Assembly: GCA_002011125.2 (NCBI GenBank)
Contig: MTMF02000009.1
Coordinates: forward strand, 1,256,989 to 1,320,988
From: Candidatus Hydrothermarchaeum profundi
GTDB taxonomy: Archaea > Hydrothermarchaeota > Hydrothermarchaeia > Hydrothermarchaeales > Hydrothermarchaeaceae
Direction of reading: 5' to 3'
DNA: 64,000 bases
The position numbers and the translations under genes were made by a program. Below the pieces are notes generated by a model, which was not told the origin of the DNA, searched no databases, and saw only the letters and a list, made by a program, of their open reading frames with translations. This document shows, piece by piece, positions 10,214 to 20,836 of this stretch (the stretch's first letter is position 1; every line of letters starts with the position of its first letter).

Positions 10214-11308
10214 TTAATTGCTACTGTCAGCAAGAATATTTGAAAGCTTTTTAAGTGCCATATACTTTTCTTTTTTCTCAACTTTAGCATCTTCTATGGC
10301 ATTTCTCAATAAAGTTATTGAATCATCATAGACTTTTTTATCTACGGGGTAAGGGTAGCCGTCTTTTCCTCCAACGGTAAAACTATATTTTACAGGATCT
10401 TTCCAGCTGACTTCACTCCCATAAATAAGCTCAGAAATTAATGCTAGCGCTCTAATTGTTTTTGGGCCAAGGCCTCTTAGGGATATTAGTTCCTCGTAAT
10501 CCTTAGGCTGGATCTCATAAGCTCTTTCCAGTGCTTTTAAACTTTGCGGGGTAATGTCTGCCTCTAATATAGGATGATGCTTAGGCATTGAATACTCTGT
10601 GAGTGTAAGCTGTTTAGGGTCTAATAGCCTTGATAAATGCTGTGGACCATCCAATACGAGATCTAAGCTAGTATCTCTCGTTTCTCTACTTTTTCTGGAC
10701 GTTAGATCTAATGCGCATTCAGACACCTTATCGCAACAAATAGCGGAATGAGGTTCTTCAATAAAATTCTTGACCGCATCTTTACGCCAATGATATCGCC
10801 TAGCATACTCATCATTCATCCCTTGTTGTATGACTGCCCAATTCCCCTCAGCATTGAAGATGAAAGTATGGTGATAAAGTTGATATCCGTCCTGAACTAA
10901 CGAATTATCCACTTTCGCGGATATTCTACTAGCGTATTTTAACTCTTCAATATCCGATTCAGATAAAGACAATTTATCTCCAAGGAATTCCAGTTCCCTT
11001 GGAGTCTGTCTCGACATACGCCCTTTTCCACCAGCAACAGCTAGGCCATGTTCTTCGGGATCGATGGCGATCTTTAAAGCTCCGCATGTAGTCGTAGTCG
11101 TTCCAGATGAATGCCAGTCAAATCCAAGAACGCATGAAAAAGCTTGAAACCAGTAGGGATCGGATATCCTATTTAGAAATTCTTGAGCATCATATTCTGT
11201 TAGTAAACTATCAACTATTGATTTAGCCATTTTAACCATTCTATTAAAAAGCCATCGAGGAGTATGGCCTGTATGTAATGGAAGATTCGCTATGCCAACT
11301 CGACCCAT
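10214..11308 (-). CDS. DUF763 family protein
   Basis: GIANLPLHTG, DPYWFQAFSCVLGFDWHSSGTTT, AKVDNSLVQDGY, GGKDGYPYPVD; likely start ATG 11308 (track gives 11353). Confidence 0.9.
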   Translation of the reverse strand: MGRVGIANLPLHTGHTPRWLFNRMVKMAKSIVDSLLTEYDAQEFLNRISDPYWFQAFSCVLGFDWHSSGTTTTTCGALKIAIDPEEHGLAVAGGKGRMSRQTPRELEFLGDKLSLSESDIEELKYASRISAKVDNSLVQDGYQLYHHTFIFNAEGNWAVIQQGMNDEYARRYHWRKDAVKNFIEEPHSAICCDKVSECALDLTSRKSRETRDTSLDLVLDGPQHLSRLLDPKQLTLTEYSMPKHHPILEADITPQSLKALERAYEIQPKDYEELISLRGLGPKTIRALALISELIYGSEVSWKDPVKYSFTVGGKDGYPYPVDKKVYDDSITLLRNAIEDAKVEKKEKYMALKKLSNILADSSN

Positions 11309-11451
11309 ATTATAATTAAAGGTAAAATTAACTTTTATGGATTTCCGGAGCAACGTAAAAGTGGTTCATAACTCAAGTAACTGGATTTATAAGCTTTTGA
11401 AAATTATTAAATACTTACTATAACTTACCGCTACTCTGAGGCAAAGTTTCT

Positions 11452-12495
11452 ATGAGCGAGATAGTTGAAGCTATGATGAAACCAAGCACATATGATGAAA
11501 AGGTTAAAAACATTAGAATGATCCAGACTCATATCTCATGGGTATTCCTCACAGGAGAGTATGTTTATAAGATAAAAAAGCCTGTGAACTTTGAATTTTT
11601 GGATTTCACAACTTTAGAAAAAAGAAAATATTACTGCGAAGAAGAACTCCGTCTTAATAGACGCCTATGTAAGGAAATATACCTCGGGGTAGTACCCTTA
11701 AAAAAATCAGAAGCAGGGATTAAAATTAAGGGCGAAGGAGAGACTATTGAATATGCAGTAAAAATGAAACAACTCCCACAGGAAGCTATTATGTCCGAAC
11801 TTTTAAAAAAAGGGGAGGTTACTCAAGATGACGTTGAAGAAATTGCGAATATTTTAGCAAATTTTCATAAAGAAGCAGATACTGGGGAGGAGATAAATGA
11901 ATATGGGTCGATAGAGCAAATCAAGGCGAATTGGATACAGAATTTTGAACAAACAAGGAACATTAGAGGTAATATTGTTGATGCTCATGTGTTCGATTTT
12001 ATAGAAACTAATGTGTTACGCTTTATCGAGACAAATAATGATTTTTTTGAGTGGCGGGTAGAGAGTGGAAAAATCAGGGAATGTCATGGAGACCTCCATT
12101 CAGGAAACATATTCATAATAAAAAATAAAAAACCTAAAATATGTATTTTTGACGCCATAGAGTTTAATAAGGCCTTTTCATGCTCTGATGTAGCTTCAGA
12201 AGTAGCCTTTTTAGCAATGGATTTGGAATTTCATAGAAAATATGATCTTGCTCAGCAATTTGTTAACAAGTATGTCGAACTTACTGGAGATAAAAAGTTA
12301 GAGGACCTCCTTCCTTTCTACAAATGCTATAGAGCCTATGTAAGAGCTAAAGTTGCAAGCTTTAAATTATTCGATGTGGGTGTAAGCGATAGAGAAAAGA
12401 AGATCGCAAAAAATTTAACTAAAAAATATTTTAATCTCGCTTTTCAATACTCAAAAGAATTATATTCTCCAGGGTTTACTCCTTATTTTCTTTAA
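11452..12495 (+). CDS. Aminoglycoside phosphotransferase-like kinase (COG2187 type)
   Basis: IQTHISWVFL, YKIKKPVNFEFLDF, EELRLNRRL, ECHGDLHSGNI, FDAIEFN, YRAYVRAKV. Confidence 0.9.
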   Translation: MSEIVEAMMKPSTYDEKVKNIRMIQTHISWVFLTGEYVYKIKKPVNFEFLDFTTLEKRKYYCEEELRLNRRLCKEIYLGVVPLKKSEAGIKIKGEGETIEYAVKMKQLPQEAIMSELLKKGEVTQDDVEEIANILANFHKEADTGEEINEYGSIEQIKANWIQNFEQTRNIRGNIVDAHVFDFIETNVLRFIETNNDFFEWRVESGKIRECHGDLHSGNIFIIKNKKPKICIFDAIEFNKAFSCSDVASEVAFLAMDLEFHRKYDLAQQFVNKYVELTGDKKLEDLLPFYKCYRAYVRAKVASFKLFDVGVSDREKKIAKNLTKKYFNLAFQYSKELYSPGFTPYFL

Positions 12496-12984
12496 ATATT
12501 CTAGGATTTCATCTACACAGGTGTTAAAAGGCTTTGTCGTGTCCACGGTTAGATGTTCCCGTCTAATAGGTTCAAATTGTTTTTTTATTTTTAGATAGAC
12601 ATCATAGTCTGCGTCTGAAAGTCCTCTCCCCTTTGAAATACGCCTTTTCATACGTTTTTTTATCACTTCCTCCGGCGCCGTACATTCTATTATTATAAAA
12701 CGATTTTTACACTCATCTGCAATTTTATATGCTTCATTCCTAAGCTTTCTTTTGTAAAATGTGCCATCTAAAATCACATTTCTTTTGCTTTTAAGAAGAT
12801 ATTTGGTTATCAAAAAAACCACTTTATATACTAACCGTTTCTCCTCCTGCGAGTAAGTTGGTTTTTTTATTATCTCTTTCCGAACTTCATCTGTCTGTAA
12901 TATAGTTGCGGAATATCTCCTTGTGATTCTTTTAGCTAATGTGCTTTTACCTGTGCCGGGCAATCCACATAGTAATATAAGCAT
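12460..12984 (-). CDS. P-loop kinase (gluconate kinase-like, COG0645 type)
   Basis: CGLPGTGKST Walker A, TDEVRK, VILDGTF, SDADYDVY. Confidence 0.9.
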   Translation of the reverse strand: MLILLCGLPGTGKSTLAKRITRRYSATILQTDEVRKEIIKKPTYSQEEKRLVYKVVFLITKYLLKSKRNVILDGTFYKRKLRNEAYKIADECKNRFIIIECTAPEEVIKKRMKRRISKGRGLSDADYDVYLKIKKQFEPIRREHLTVDTTKPFNTCVDEILEYLKKIRSKPWRI

Positions 12985-13063
12985 CAGCTACACTTAATGC
13001 GCTCTTTCTATAATTAATTAATCTATTACAAAAACATATTAACTCTAAACTTTAGTCAATATC

Positions 13064-13954
13064 ATGCGAATAATCTTATGCATTGCTCATGATAGGGATG
13101 TTGACGGTTTAGGATGCCATGCTATAATGCACCGATTTTCAAATCAAAAAAATCTCAGAATAATTCATATTTTTACGGATTACGACAGGTTTTGTAAGGA
13201 TATCTCAGGGGTATCTGTTAATGGGGTTAATATAGTAATTGCGGATTTAGGATATAATAAAAGATTCAAACAATGTGAGAGTGTTCTTAAAAAATTAATT
13301 TCAAAAAATAGGGTTGTTTGGTATGACCATCATGATTGGAGTGAAGCAGATTTAAGTGGGATAACACTTATTTTAAAAAAAGGACTTTGCGCTTCTGAGA
13401 TACTGCAGCAAGAATACCTCCCAACAGATGAAGTTGCTGCAGAGATTGCTAATTTAGCTAGGGCTCATGATTTTAGAATGGAAAACAAACTCGCATGGAA
13501 GCTTTATGACGTAATTTCTTCTGGATATGATAAACTAAAACTTGTGAAATTATTAGCGAAGGGAGTTTATTGGAATAATGAGCTAGAGGAGGTCTATAAC
13601 TCTTATAGCGAATTGAAAGAAAAAGGTTTCAAATATTTGGAAAAACACTCAAAACTATATAACATCAAGGATTTTAGATGTATAATAGGCCTATCAGATA
13701 CAAAATTGAGTTCAACTTTGGCCACAGAACATCTACTTAAGAAAAACGTCGACTTAGTAATCTGTATATGGAAAAATGGAAAAATGAGTTTCAGGAGGCG
13801 CAATCAGAATATTAATTTAAGAAAAATAGCATCTATATTCGATGGAGGAGGGAGAGAAGAAGCTGCAGGAGGATTTTTCTACAAAAAAATTGATGAAACC
13901 AACTATCTAGAGATATTTGATGAAATAATCGAGATAATAAAGAAAAATATATGA
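13064..13954 (+). CDS. DHH/DHHA1 phosphoesterase
   Basis: HDRDVDG, IADLG, WYDHHDW, FDGGGREEAAGG. Confidence 0.85.
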   Translation: MRIILCIAHDRDVDGLGCHAIMHRFSNQKNLRIIHIFTDYDRFCKDISGVSVNGVNIVIADLGYNKRFKQCESVLKKLISKNRVVWYDHHDWSEADLSGITLILKKGLCASEILQQEYLPTDEVAAEIANLARAHDFRMENKLAWKLYDVISSGYDKLKLVKLLAKGVYWNNELEEVYNSYSELKEKGFKYLEKHSKLYNIKDFRCIIGLSDTKLSSTLATEHLLKKNVDLVICIWKNGKMSFRRRNQNINLRKIASIFDGGGREEAAGGFFYKKIDETNYLEIFDEIIEIIKKNI

Positions 13955-13958
13955 ATAA

Positions 13959-15221
13959 TCATTCGAGAATAATTTTTTTTCCATATAATTTTGATATCTC
14001 CTCTTCTAAAGCTTTCTTCATATTTGATATTTCGTTATTAAGTTCTTCTAAACTATTAGATTTTAAACTGATTAATTCTTTTAATTTGTTAATCTTTGTC
14101 TTTTTTTCATCTATTTGGGTTTCTAATTCTTTTAGCTCTTCAGTAACTCTTATTTTTGATATCCTCTCTTTTAAGGATGCCTCTCGATTTTCAGCTTCTA
14201 AAAATTCTTCTACTGCCTTCCGTAGTAGTACTTCTACATCCTTAAGTTTCTCTCTTTCTTTCCTATCTAGAACAAGAATCCTAGCGGCTGTAGCTTTTTT
14301 GCAACCAGCAATAAAATCCTTTAGATACGGAAATCCTTTAGGCTCTGAGAAAAATGCTTTATCAGGATGTCTAATGTACTGGTCTAGGATTTTAATATCA
14401 CCAGTAGCTTTTCCACTCTCGATGATCTTTCTATATTTTCTAAAAATTCTACTAAGAGGTCCTAAGATATTTAACACTCTGGTTTTTATCTCGTCTTTTT
14501 CATGTTGGATTTCTCTTAATTCTCTTTCAAATTGCTTAAATAACTGATATTCTTCACTTTTTTTAAGTTCTATTTTTTTCTTTTCTTTTTTCTTTATTAT
14601 CTCTGCTAACTTTTTAACATCTTCAGTAAAATATTCTATTTCGCTCTTAATTTTTGAAATTTCTTTGTATTTTTTTTCTAATTCTAAGATCTGTATCTCG
14701 ATTTTTTCAAAGTGAGTCCTTCTTTCTTTTTCCTCATCTAGTATCTCCTCCAGATTTTTTGATGAATCGATTATTCTATTCAGGCAAGTACCTAGTTTGG
14801 GAACCTGGTCAGCATATACCGCAGCTATGTATTTCCCATGACTTAGCTGAATCTTTTGAATCGTCTTCAGAGCCTTCATCAACCTGTTATGGAATTCTAT
14901 AAGCCCTTGAAAATCTTTACCTTCTACTTTTATCATAGATAGCCCTTCCATTATCCCGCTGACATATTTTGGTTTGGCTGTTAGGGCAGGTTTAAAGACC
15001 CTATTTTTAATATCTTCAGGGAACTCATGGTCTCTAATATCCTCAATAACTTTGAGAGCCCTATCTCTCTGCGCTATGATATCATATAATAGAGATTCAA
15101 CTTCATCTCCATTCCACTTATCTTTCTTTTCCTTAACCCAGTCCTCTGCCTCTCTAATATGCATTACAACCGGGCTTTCCGATTTTTGCGTATTTCCAAA
15201 AATTCGATCAAAAAAACCCAT
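13959..15221 (-). CDS. Coiled-coil-rich hypothetical protein
   Basis: 420-aa ORF, MGFFDRIFG amphipathic N-terminus, long E/K heptad stretches, no Walker motifs. Confidence 0.7.
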   Translation of the reverse strand: MGFFDRIFGNTQKSESPVVMHIREAEDWVKEKKDKWNGDEVESLLYDIIAQRDRALKVIEDIRDHEFPEDIKNRVFKPALTAKPKYVSGIMEGLSMIKVEGKDFQGLIEFHNRLMKALKTIQKIQLSHGKYIAAVYADQVPKLGTCLNRIIDSSKNLEEILDEEKERRTHFEKIEIQILELEKKYKEISKIKSEIEYFTEDVKKLAEIIKKKEKKKIELKKSEEYQLFKQFERELREIQHEKDEIKTRVLNILGPLSRIFRKYRKIIESGKATGDIKILDQYIRHPDKAFFSEPKGFPYLKDFIAGCKKATAARILVLDRKEREKLKDVEVLLRKAVEEFLEAENREASLKERISKIRVTEELKELETQIDEKKTKINKLKELISLKSNSLEELNNEISNMKKALEEEISKLYGKKIILE

Positions 15222-15267
15222 GTTTAAATGATCTACCTAATTTTATAAATAAAAAGGTTCTGTAATG

Positions 15268-15867
15268 CTATTGCTGTTTGATATCTATGATCACAGTGTC
15301 ATTGAGTAACCGAGTTCCCAGTACGATGCTCCCCTCTTCTATAGGTATTAAAGAGTAATATATCGTATTACCTACTCTTCCGATGACCTCTAAGTTTTGA
15401 GAATTCTTTTTTATTTCCACATCCTCAATCGATCTTATACCAGGAACACGAATTACTACTTCCTTTTTACCCTTAATAATACGGGTTGAGACTTCTGCTT
15501 CCTTAAATTCAATTCCCTTTTCTTTTTCCATCATTTCTCTAATAAAAGAAGGAATCGGGGCATCTTTTATCAAATTCTCGAAGTCCTTCATTTCACCTGT
15601 TTTTATTATAGGCTTTCCATCTCGCATTTCAATAGAGAAGAAAAGTCCCTTTCCGAGAGTCTCTCCTTTTGCTATCTTTTCCGCTAACTCTTTTAATACT
15701 CCAGCATTATGCTCTAAAAGCTCTTTCATCATAAACTCCATCTGGCTTTTGAAATCTCCAAGATGCTTCTTACCTTTTAATTCAGTTAGGTCGGTTCCAC
15801 AGTTGGCGCAGAAATTTTGATAACTTAGAACTTTGGTTCCGCATGTAGGGCAGTAATTCAATTTCAT
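15268..15867 (-). CDS. Zinc-ribbon protein with Hsp20-like C-terminal domain
   Basis: CPTCG...FCANCG; C-terminal VVIRVPGIRSIEDVEIK...LEVIG beta-sandwich pattern. Confidence 0.7.
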   Translation of the reverse strand: MKLNYCPTCGTKVLSYQNFCANCGTDLTELKGKKHLGDFKSQMEFMMKELLEHNAGVLKELAEKIAKGETLGKGLFFSIEMRDGKPIIKTGEMKDFENLIKDAPIPSFIREMMEKEKGIEFKEAEVSTRIIKGKKEVVIRVPGIRSIEDVEIKKNSQNLEVIGRVGNTIYYSLIPIEEGSIVLGTRLLNDTVIIDIKQQ

Positions 15868-16056
15868 TGAAAGTAGAGGAAAAAATTAACAATGTTAAAG
15901 CTTTGGAACGTTAGCTATACCTATTGATTTACCCAATATAGAGTTGCTGGATTCTATCGTAGGGCCGTAGAATTAGCGTGTAAAATGATTTAAGGGTAGA
16001 TTAGTTCTAAAATGTCAAGAAAATATTTATACCATCCAAGAAGAAGGTATTTCAAA

Positions 16057-16707
16057 ATGAAACTCAACTTACTTATACCAATAGTAATTTTTTTATTAGT
16101 AGGGGGAATTGTTGAAGCCCTTTCTCTTATTAAAGCCGAGATAACTATATCTAATGAGGATGATGACTCCACCTGGGTTGCCGTTTATATAGATGATACT
16201 TACCGTGGAGGGAAATATATACCTCCAAAGTACGAGGCATATATGGGTATTTACTACTTTAATGCAGGAAATCACACCTTTGAGCTACGCTGGAAAGATC
16301 CTGATTTATGCGACATATCTAAGAAGAGCGAGAAAATTGAGATATCGGGTCCTGGATATCACCTATTGCCTTATGTAAAAAAGATACACTTAATAATTGA
16401 TTCGAATTCAAGAAAATGTGTAAAAGATGAAAAAAAAGAAACACACTTAGAAGTTTTCATAAAAAACATAGATGATGATAATTTATGGGTAGACGTAATG
16501 GTAGAAAGGCAAGTTAAAGTAAAATATGTTGAAAAAGGGGAGAGAAAATACTATGGCCATTTTACTGGCCTTACCCCGGGGGAAATACCTGTAACTATAA
16601 AATGGCTTGATCCAGATTTGGAGGGGTTTCAAGAAAAGTCTTATAAGGTGAGAGTTAAAGAAGGTGAAACCCAAACAGTAGAATTCCAAACAGAAAGAAA
16701 TCGATGA
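16057..16707 (+). CDS. Secreted protein with two tandem beta-sandwich-like repeats
   Basis: Hydrophobic signal [17 protein letters not shown]; repeats [15 protein letters not shown] and [15 protein letters not shown]; likely start 16057. Confidence 0.7.
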   Translation: MKLNLLIPIVIFLLVGGIVEALSLIKAEITISNEDDDSTWVAVYIDDTYRGGKYIPPKYEAYMGIYYFNAGNHTFELRWKDPDLCDISKKSEKIEISGPGYHLLPYVKKIHLIIDSNSRKCVKDEKKETHLEVFIKNIDDDNLWVDVMVERQVKVKYVEKGERKYYGHFTGLTPGEIPVTIKWLDPDLEGFQEKSYKVRVKEGETQTVEFQTERNR

Positions 16708-16723
16708 TGGTTATATAATTGAG

Positions 16724-18391
16724 GTGACTATACCGTTGAGAAGTGATTCATTAAAAAAAGGAGTTGAAAGGGCCCCTCATAGGAGCCTTTTAAAAGCCCT
16801 CGGAAATACTGATGAAGAAATAGAAAGACCGTTTGTAGGGGTCGTAAATTCTTGGAATGAATTTGTTCCAGGGCATATTCATCTTGATAAAATAGCCGAA
16901 GCAGTAAAAGCGGGTATTAGATTGGCTGGTGGGACTCCATTTGAGTTTAATACGATAGGTATATGCGATGGACTTGCTATGGGTCATGAGGGAATGAAAT
17001 ATTCACTTCCGAGTAGGGAGGTTATTGCGGATTCTATAGAACTAATGATCCAAGCTCATAGGATGGATGCTATGGTACTCATACCAACTTGCGATAAGAT
17101 CGTGCCAGGTCATCTCATGGCGCTTGCAAGGATAGATATCCCTTCAATTGTAGTAACAGGAGGGCCGATGTGCTATGGTTATGTAGGCGATGAGGGGGCA
17201 GACTTAATCTCAGTATTTGAGGGCATAGGGAAATTTAGGGAAGGGAAACTATCTGAGGAAGAACTTCAGGAACTTGAAAATTTTGCCTGCTGTGGCGCTG
17301 GATCCTGTGCAGGGCTTTTCACAGCTAATACTATGGCATGTATGACGGAGGCTCTTGGAATGTCTTTACCTGGATGTGCAACAACCCACGCTGTCGATGC
17401 TAAAAAAATGAGAATAGCAAAGAGATCAGGGATGAAAATAATGGATATTCTTGGGAGAAATATTTTACCTAGTCAGATCCTCACTCAGGAGGCGTTTGAA
17501 AATGCTATCCGTATAGATATGGCGATAGGAGGTTCGACCAACACCCTCCTACATCTACCCGCGATTGCTAATGAGTTGGGAATTAAATTAGAGTTAGGGA
17601 TCTTTGACAGGTTAAGCAGAGAGACGCCTCATTTAGTAAATCTAAGACCAGGTGGAAAACATTTCATGTTAGACTTTGATAGGGCTGGAGGGGTGCCTGC
17701 TGTTATGAATAGGATCAAAGATCTATTAAATCTGGATGTAATTACTGTAACAGGCAAATCATTGAAAGAGAATCTTGAGGACTTTAAAATCATAAATCCC
17801 AGTAAGAACAGGGAAGTGATAAAGACTATAAATGATCCGTATCACCGGGAGGGAGGGATAGCTGTTTTATTTGGCTCATTAGCTCCAATGGGCGCTGTTG
17901 TAAAACAAAGCGCCGTGAATGAGAAGATGTTAGTTCATAAAGGTCCAGCTAGAGTTTTTAATAGCGAGGAGGAGGCGAAAAACGCTATTTCTAATAAAGA
18001 AATAAAAGAGGGGGATGTTGTAGTTATAAGATATGAGGGCCCAAAAGGGGGCCCTGGAATGAGGGAGATGTTGGAGGTCACATCTACTATTGTTGGGATG
18101 GGACTCAGCGATTCTGTGGCTCTCATAACTGATGGACGATTTTCAGGGGGTACTAGAGGGCCGTGTATAGGCCATGTATCTCCTGAAGCTGCAGAGGGAG
18201 GCCCAATAAGTTTGGTGGAGAATGGGGATATAATAGAGATTGATATACCGAATAGGAGACTCAACTTGCTCGTCGGTGAAGATATTTTAGAAAATAGGCG
18301 AAGAAAGGAATTTAAACCTAAAATTAAAAAAGGATATCTGCGGAGGTATTCTAGGGAGGTAAGTTCGGCGGATAAGGGTGCTGTATTCTAA
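16724..18391 (+). CDS. ilvD: Dihydroxy-acid dehydratase
   Basis: [62 protein letters not shown]. Confidence 0.97.
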   Translation: MTIPLRSDSLKKGVERAPHRSLLKALGNTDEEIERPFVGVVNSWNEFVPGHIHLDKIAEAVKAGIRLAGGTPFEFNTIGICDGLAMGHEGMKYSLPSREVIADSIELMIQAHRMDAMVLIPTCDKIVPGHLMALARIDIPSIVVTGGPMCYGYVGDEGADLISVFEGIGKFREGKLSEEELQELENFACCGAGSCAGLFTANTMACMTEALGMSLPGCATTHAVDAKKMRIAKRSGMKIMDILGRNILPSQILTQEAFENAIRIDMAIGGSTNTLLHLPAIANELGIKLELGIFDRLSRETPHLVNLRPGGKHFMLDFDRAGGVPAVMNRIKDLLNLDVITVTGKSLKENLEDFKIINPSKNREVIKTINDPYHREGGIAVLFGSLAPMGAVVKQSAVNEKMLVHKGPARVFNSEEEAKNAISNKEIKEGDVVVIRYEGPKGGPGMREMLEVTSTIVGMGLSDSVALITDGRFSGGTRGPCIGHVSPEAAEGGPISLVENGDIIEIDIPNRRLNLLVGEDILENRRRKEFKPKIKKGYLRRYSREVSSADKGAVF

Positions 18392-18642
18392 TCTTCCCCT
18401 ATCTCGTACATTTCATTCCCATATAAGTCTACCATGTATCGTCTTTCTTCTTCAGAGGCCTTTCTTCTCCCTTCTTCTATTACTAAGATATCTCTATGTT
18501 TTGTGGTAATCTTCTCAGTAATCTTGTATTTATCTGCCGAAAACTTTTTTACCTCTCTCCCGCAGCTACGGCAAACAAGAATAGTCTTCTTACCACTATT
18601 CTTAGGTATCATAATACTTTTACAGGAAGGGCAAAATTCCAA
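18388..18642 (-). CDS. RpoM/TFS-like protein with N-terminal zinc ribbon only
   Basis: [13 protein letters not shown]...LVCRSCG matches the TFS N-ribbon; no C-terminal QTRSADE ribbon. Confidence 0.7.
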   Translation of the reverse strand: MEFCPSCKSIMIPKNSGKKTILVCRSCGREVKKFSADKYKITEKITTKHRDILVIEEGRRKASEEERRYMVDLYGNEMYEIGED

Positions 18643-18716
18643 AACACATCTCCCCTCATTTTTGTGAATTTGTCCAATAACTATAACATCTAAAAATAAA
18701 TTAGTTCTATTTTTTC

Positions 18717-18875
18717 TCAGTTCTTTTTTCTGAAAATCTTTTTATCAACCTCCCCTTCGTATCTTTTTAGAAATTCTTCAAATCTTCGGGGAAGGTTCTT
18801 TAATTGCCATTCTTGAAAGTCCATCTCTTTCAGCTTCGGGGAGTTTTTTCGGGGAGTTGTGTATAGTCTTGGCAA
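18717..18875 (-). CDS. Possible small hypothetical protein, 52 aa
   Basis: Read manually from TTG: MPRLYTTPRKNSPKLKEMDFQEWQLKNLPRRFEEFLKRYEGEVDKKIFRKKN-TGA; fills a gap between co-oriented genes; no clear RBS. Confidence 0.4.
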   Translation of the reverse strand: MPRLYTTPRKNSPKLKEMDFQEWQLKNLPRRFEEFLKRYEGEVDKKIFRKKN

Positions 18876-18973
18876 ATCTGATATATAAAACAGTATTACC
18901 TTTAGAGGATAATAGTTTTAAAGGGATTAAAAACACTAATAAATAAAAAAATTCTTTTAAAATAAAAAATCTA

Positions 18974-20836
18974 TTACTGTAGAAATAACTGAGATATCCA
19001 TATCGCAGAAGTAAAAAGTATTACAGCGATTATCAAATTTTTTCCAGTTTCCATTTTTTTCAGTATACTATCATTGCCTGCTAATAATTCAGACATGAAA
19101 ATAGAAAATATTATGACCATTTCTATTAAATATAGTCCTATTATAAGTTGCAATATGCCTGTTGGAATGGTAGTAATCCCCAGTTTAGTTAGTCCGAGGT
19201 TTGTGCCAAATGGAATAGAGGACTCTTCTATCTGAGGGAATTTCCCGGCATTGATCTCGGATAATTTTGAGTTCATCATTTTCTGAATTGTAACAATAAC
19301 TCCAGCCATTAAAGGACCAAAAAAAATTACAGTAGAACGTAGTGAAGATATTACATCATCTAATTTACTCTCAATTCTTTTGTCTAGCTCTTTTAGCTTA
19401 AAGAGGTGCTCTCTGTTCCTAGAAATTACTTCAATTAACGCTTGGTTTCCCTTATCAACCGAATCTGCTATCATCTCAAGAGCGTCTCTTATTGCAACAG
19501 AGTAAACGTCAGATAATGAGCCCTCCTCTTCGAAAAGCGACGAATATAGGTTTTTTCTTGATAATAGTATGTTATCACTTGTTTTCTTGAATATGTCTCC
19601 TATTTTACTTCCCTTCATCACTTCTCCTACTTTAAAAAATGCATCTTCAATAGGTCTTCCATCAGAAACTCTACTTTCCAGTTGAGTTAAAGCTTCAATG
19701 AAATCTTCTTCGAGAGATTTAGTTTCTTCTCTAAGTTTGTTTAAGTGATAATTTGTGGCTATTAGATATGTTGATATGCTTAAAACTAGCCCCCATATTA
19801 TGAATATGGTTGGATTGAAACCTGCAGTTGATGCTTCTAGATTGCCAGATATAAATATGAGGTATACACTAACTAATGAAATCAAGGCAGGCGTTAATAG
19901 AATAATTTTCTTTCTTAAAATCTTATTAGTGACTTTATTATTTCCATAATTCAGGCATGGCATTGTAATGTTCAAGGGTAAGGAAGTTATAGGCCTTTTT
20001 GAAAGAATTTTCCGTGCCCACAGATAAACAATCAGCGGTATAAATATATCGTAAGCTAAAAACATAGAGTTTACGCCAATAGATGCTCCAACATATGATA
20101 GAGCTGGAAGGACTGCTATCATTACGAGGGGGAGAATCATTCCAACGAAATATAAGCTGAGTGTAGGAATGCTCAGTTTTCTTGAGAAAGTATCCATTTT
20201 TTCTAGAGTACCCTCTATAATAAGGTCTACTGCTCTATCCACCATCCTCTGCCTTTTATCTTCGCTTCTTTCTAACAGAGAAGACTTCATTAAGTAGATA
20301 GAATTAGTAAAGTCTCTATTCCAGCGTTTCCACTTTTCTCCGGATACTGTTAGGGCTTCATCTAAGTCATTATATACCCTCATGTGAGTATTCCATAACA
20401 TTTTTTTAAATTCAATTCCCATCTGTCCCCTTGTTTTGTGAGCAGCAAATTCAACGGCTTTTTCTAAGTTCGGAACAGTTTTTAAAGAAATTGCCATATA
20501 GCTTATTGATTCCGGCATAGTGATGAGAGCCTTTACCTTGATATTTTCGGAGTAGATTCTTGGATAATTCCCTAAATAATGTAAAACAATGATGGGAATG
20601 AAAATTGATGCAAGCAATATATAACTCCATGCGTAGCCAAGTACAAAGGCTAGAATTGTTAAAAAAGAAAGGAATATGCTTAAGACAATTGCAGAACCAT
20701 AAGTCAAAGCTCTCGCGTCTTGTACGTCTACATCAAGATTAGAAAAATTAAGATACTCGTAAAATTCTTCGCTAAGATCTCCTTTAAACCAAGAAAATAA
20801 TCTCCCCCCCACTTTACAGGCTTTTTCATACCACAT
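18974..20836 (-). CDS. TadC/GspF-like membrane platform protein (two T2SSF-like halves)
   Basis: Multiple TM segments, PESISYMAISLKTVPNLEKAVEFAA and LESRVSDGRPIEDAF; directly downstream of secretion ATPase. Confidence 0.8.
   Translation of the reverse strand: MWYEKACKVGGRLFSWFKGDLSEEFYEYLNFSNLDVDVQDARALTYGSAIVLSIFLSFLTILAFVLGYAWSYILLASIFIPIIVLHYLGNYPRIYSENIKVKALITMPESISYMAISLKTVPNLEKAVEFAAHKTRGQMGIEFKKMLWNTHMRVYNDLDEALTVSGEKWKRWNRDFTNSIYLMKSSLLERSEDKRQRMVDRAVDLIIEGTLEKMDTFSRKLSIPTLSLYFVGMILPLVMIAVLPALSYVGASIGVNSMFLAYDIFIPLIVYLWARKILSKRPITSLPLNITMPCLNYGNNKVTNKILRKKIILLTPALISLVSVYLIFISGNLEASTAGFNPTIFIIWGLVLSISTYLIATNYHLNKLREETKSLEEDFIEALTQLESRVSDGRPIEDAFFKVGEVMKGSKIGDIFKKTSDNILLSRKNLYSSLFEEEGSLSDVYSVAIRDALEMIADSVDKGNQALIEVISRNREHLFKLKELDKRIESKLDDVISSLRSTVIFFGPLMAGVIVTIQKMMNSKLSEINAGKFPQIEESSIPFGTNLGLTKLGITTIPTGILQLIIGLYLIEMVIIFSIFMSELLAGNDSILKKMETGKNLIIAVILFTSAIWISQLFLQ

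Noticed and set aside
13959-15221. SMC/Rad50 ATPase
   Set aside because: Coiled coil only; no Walker A/B or signature motif
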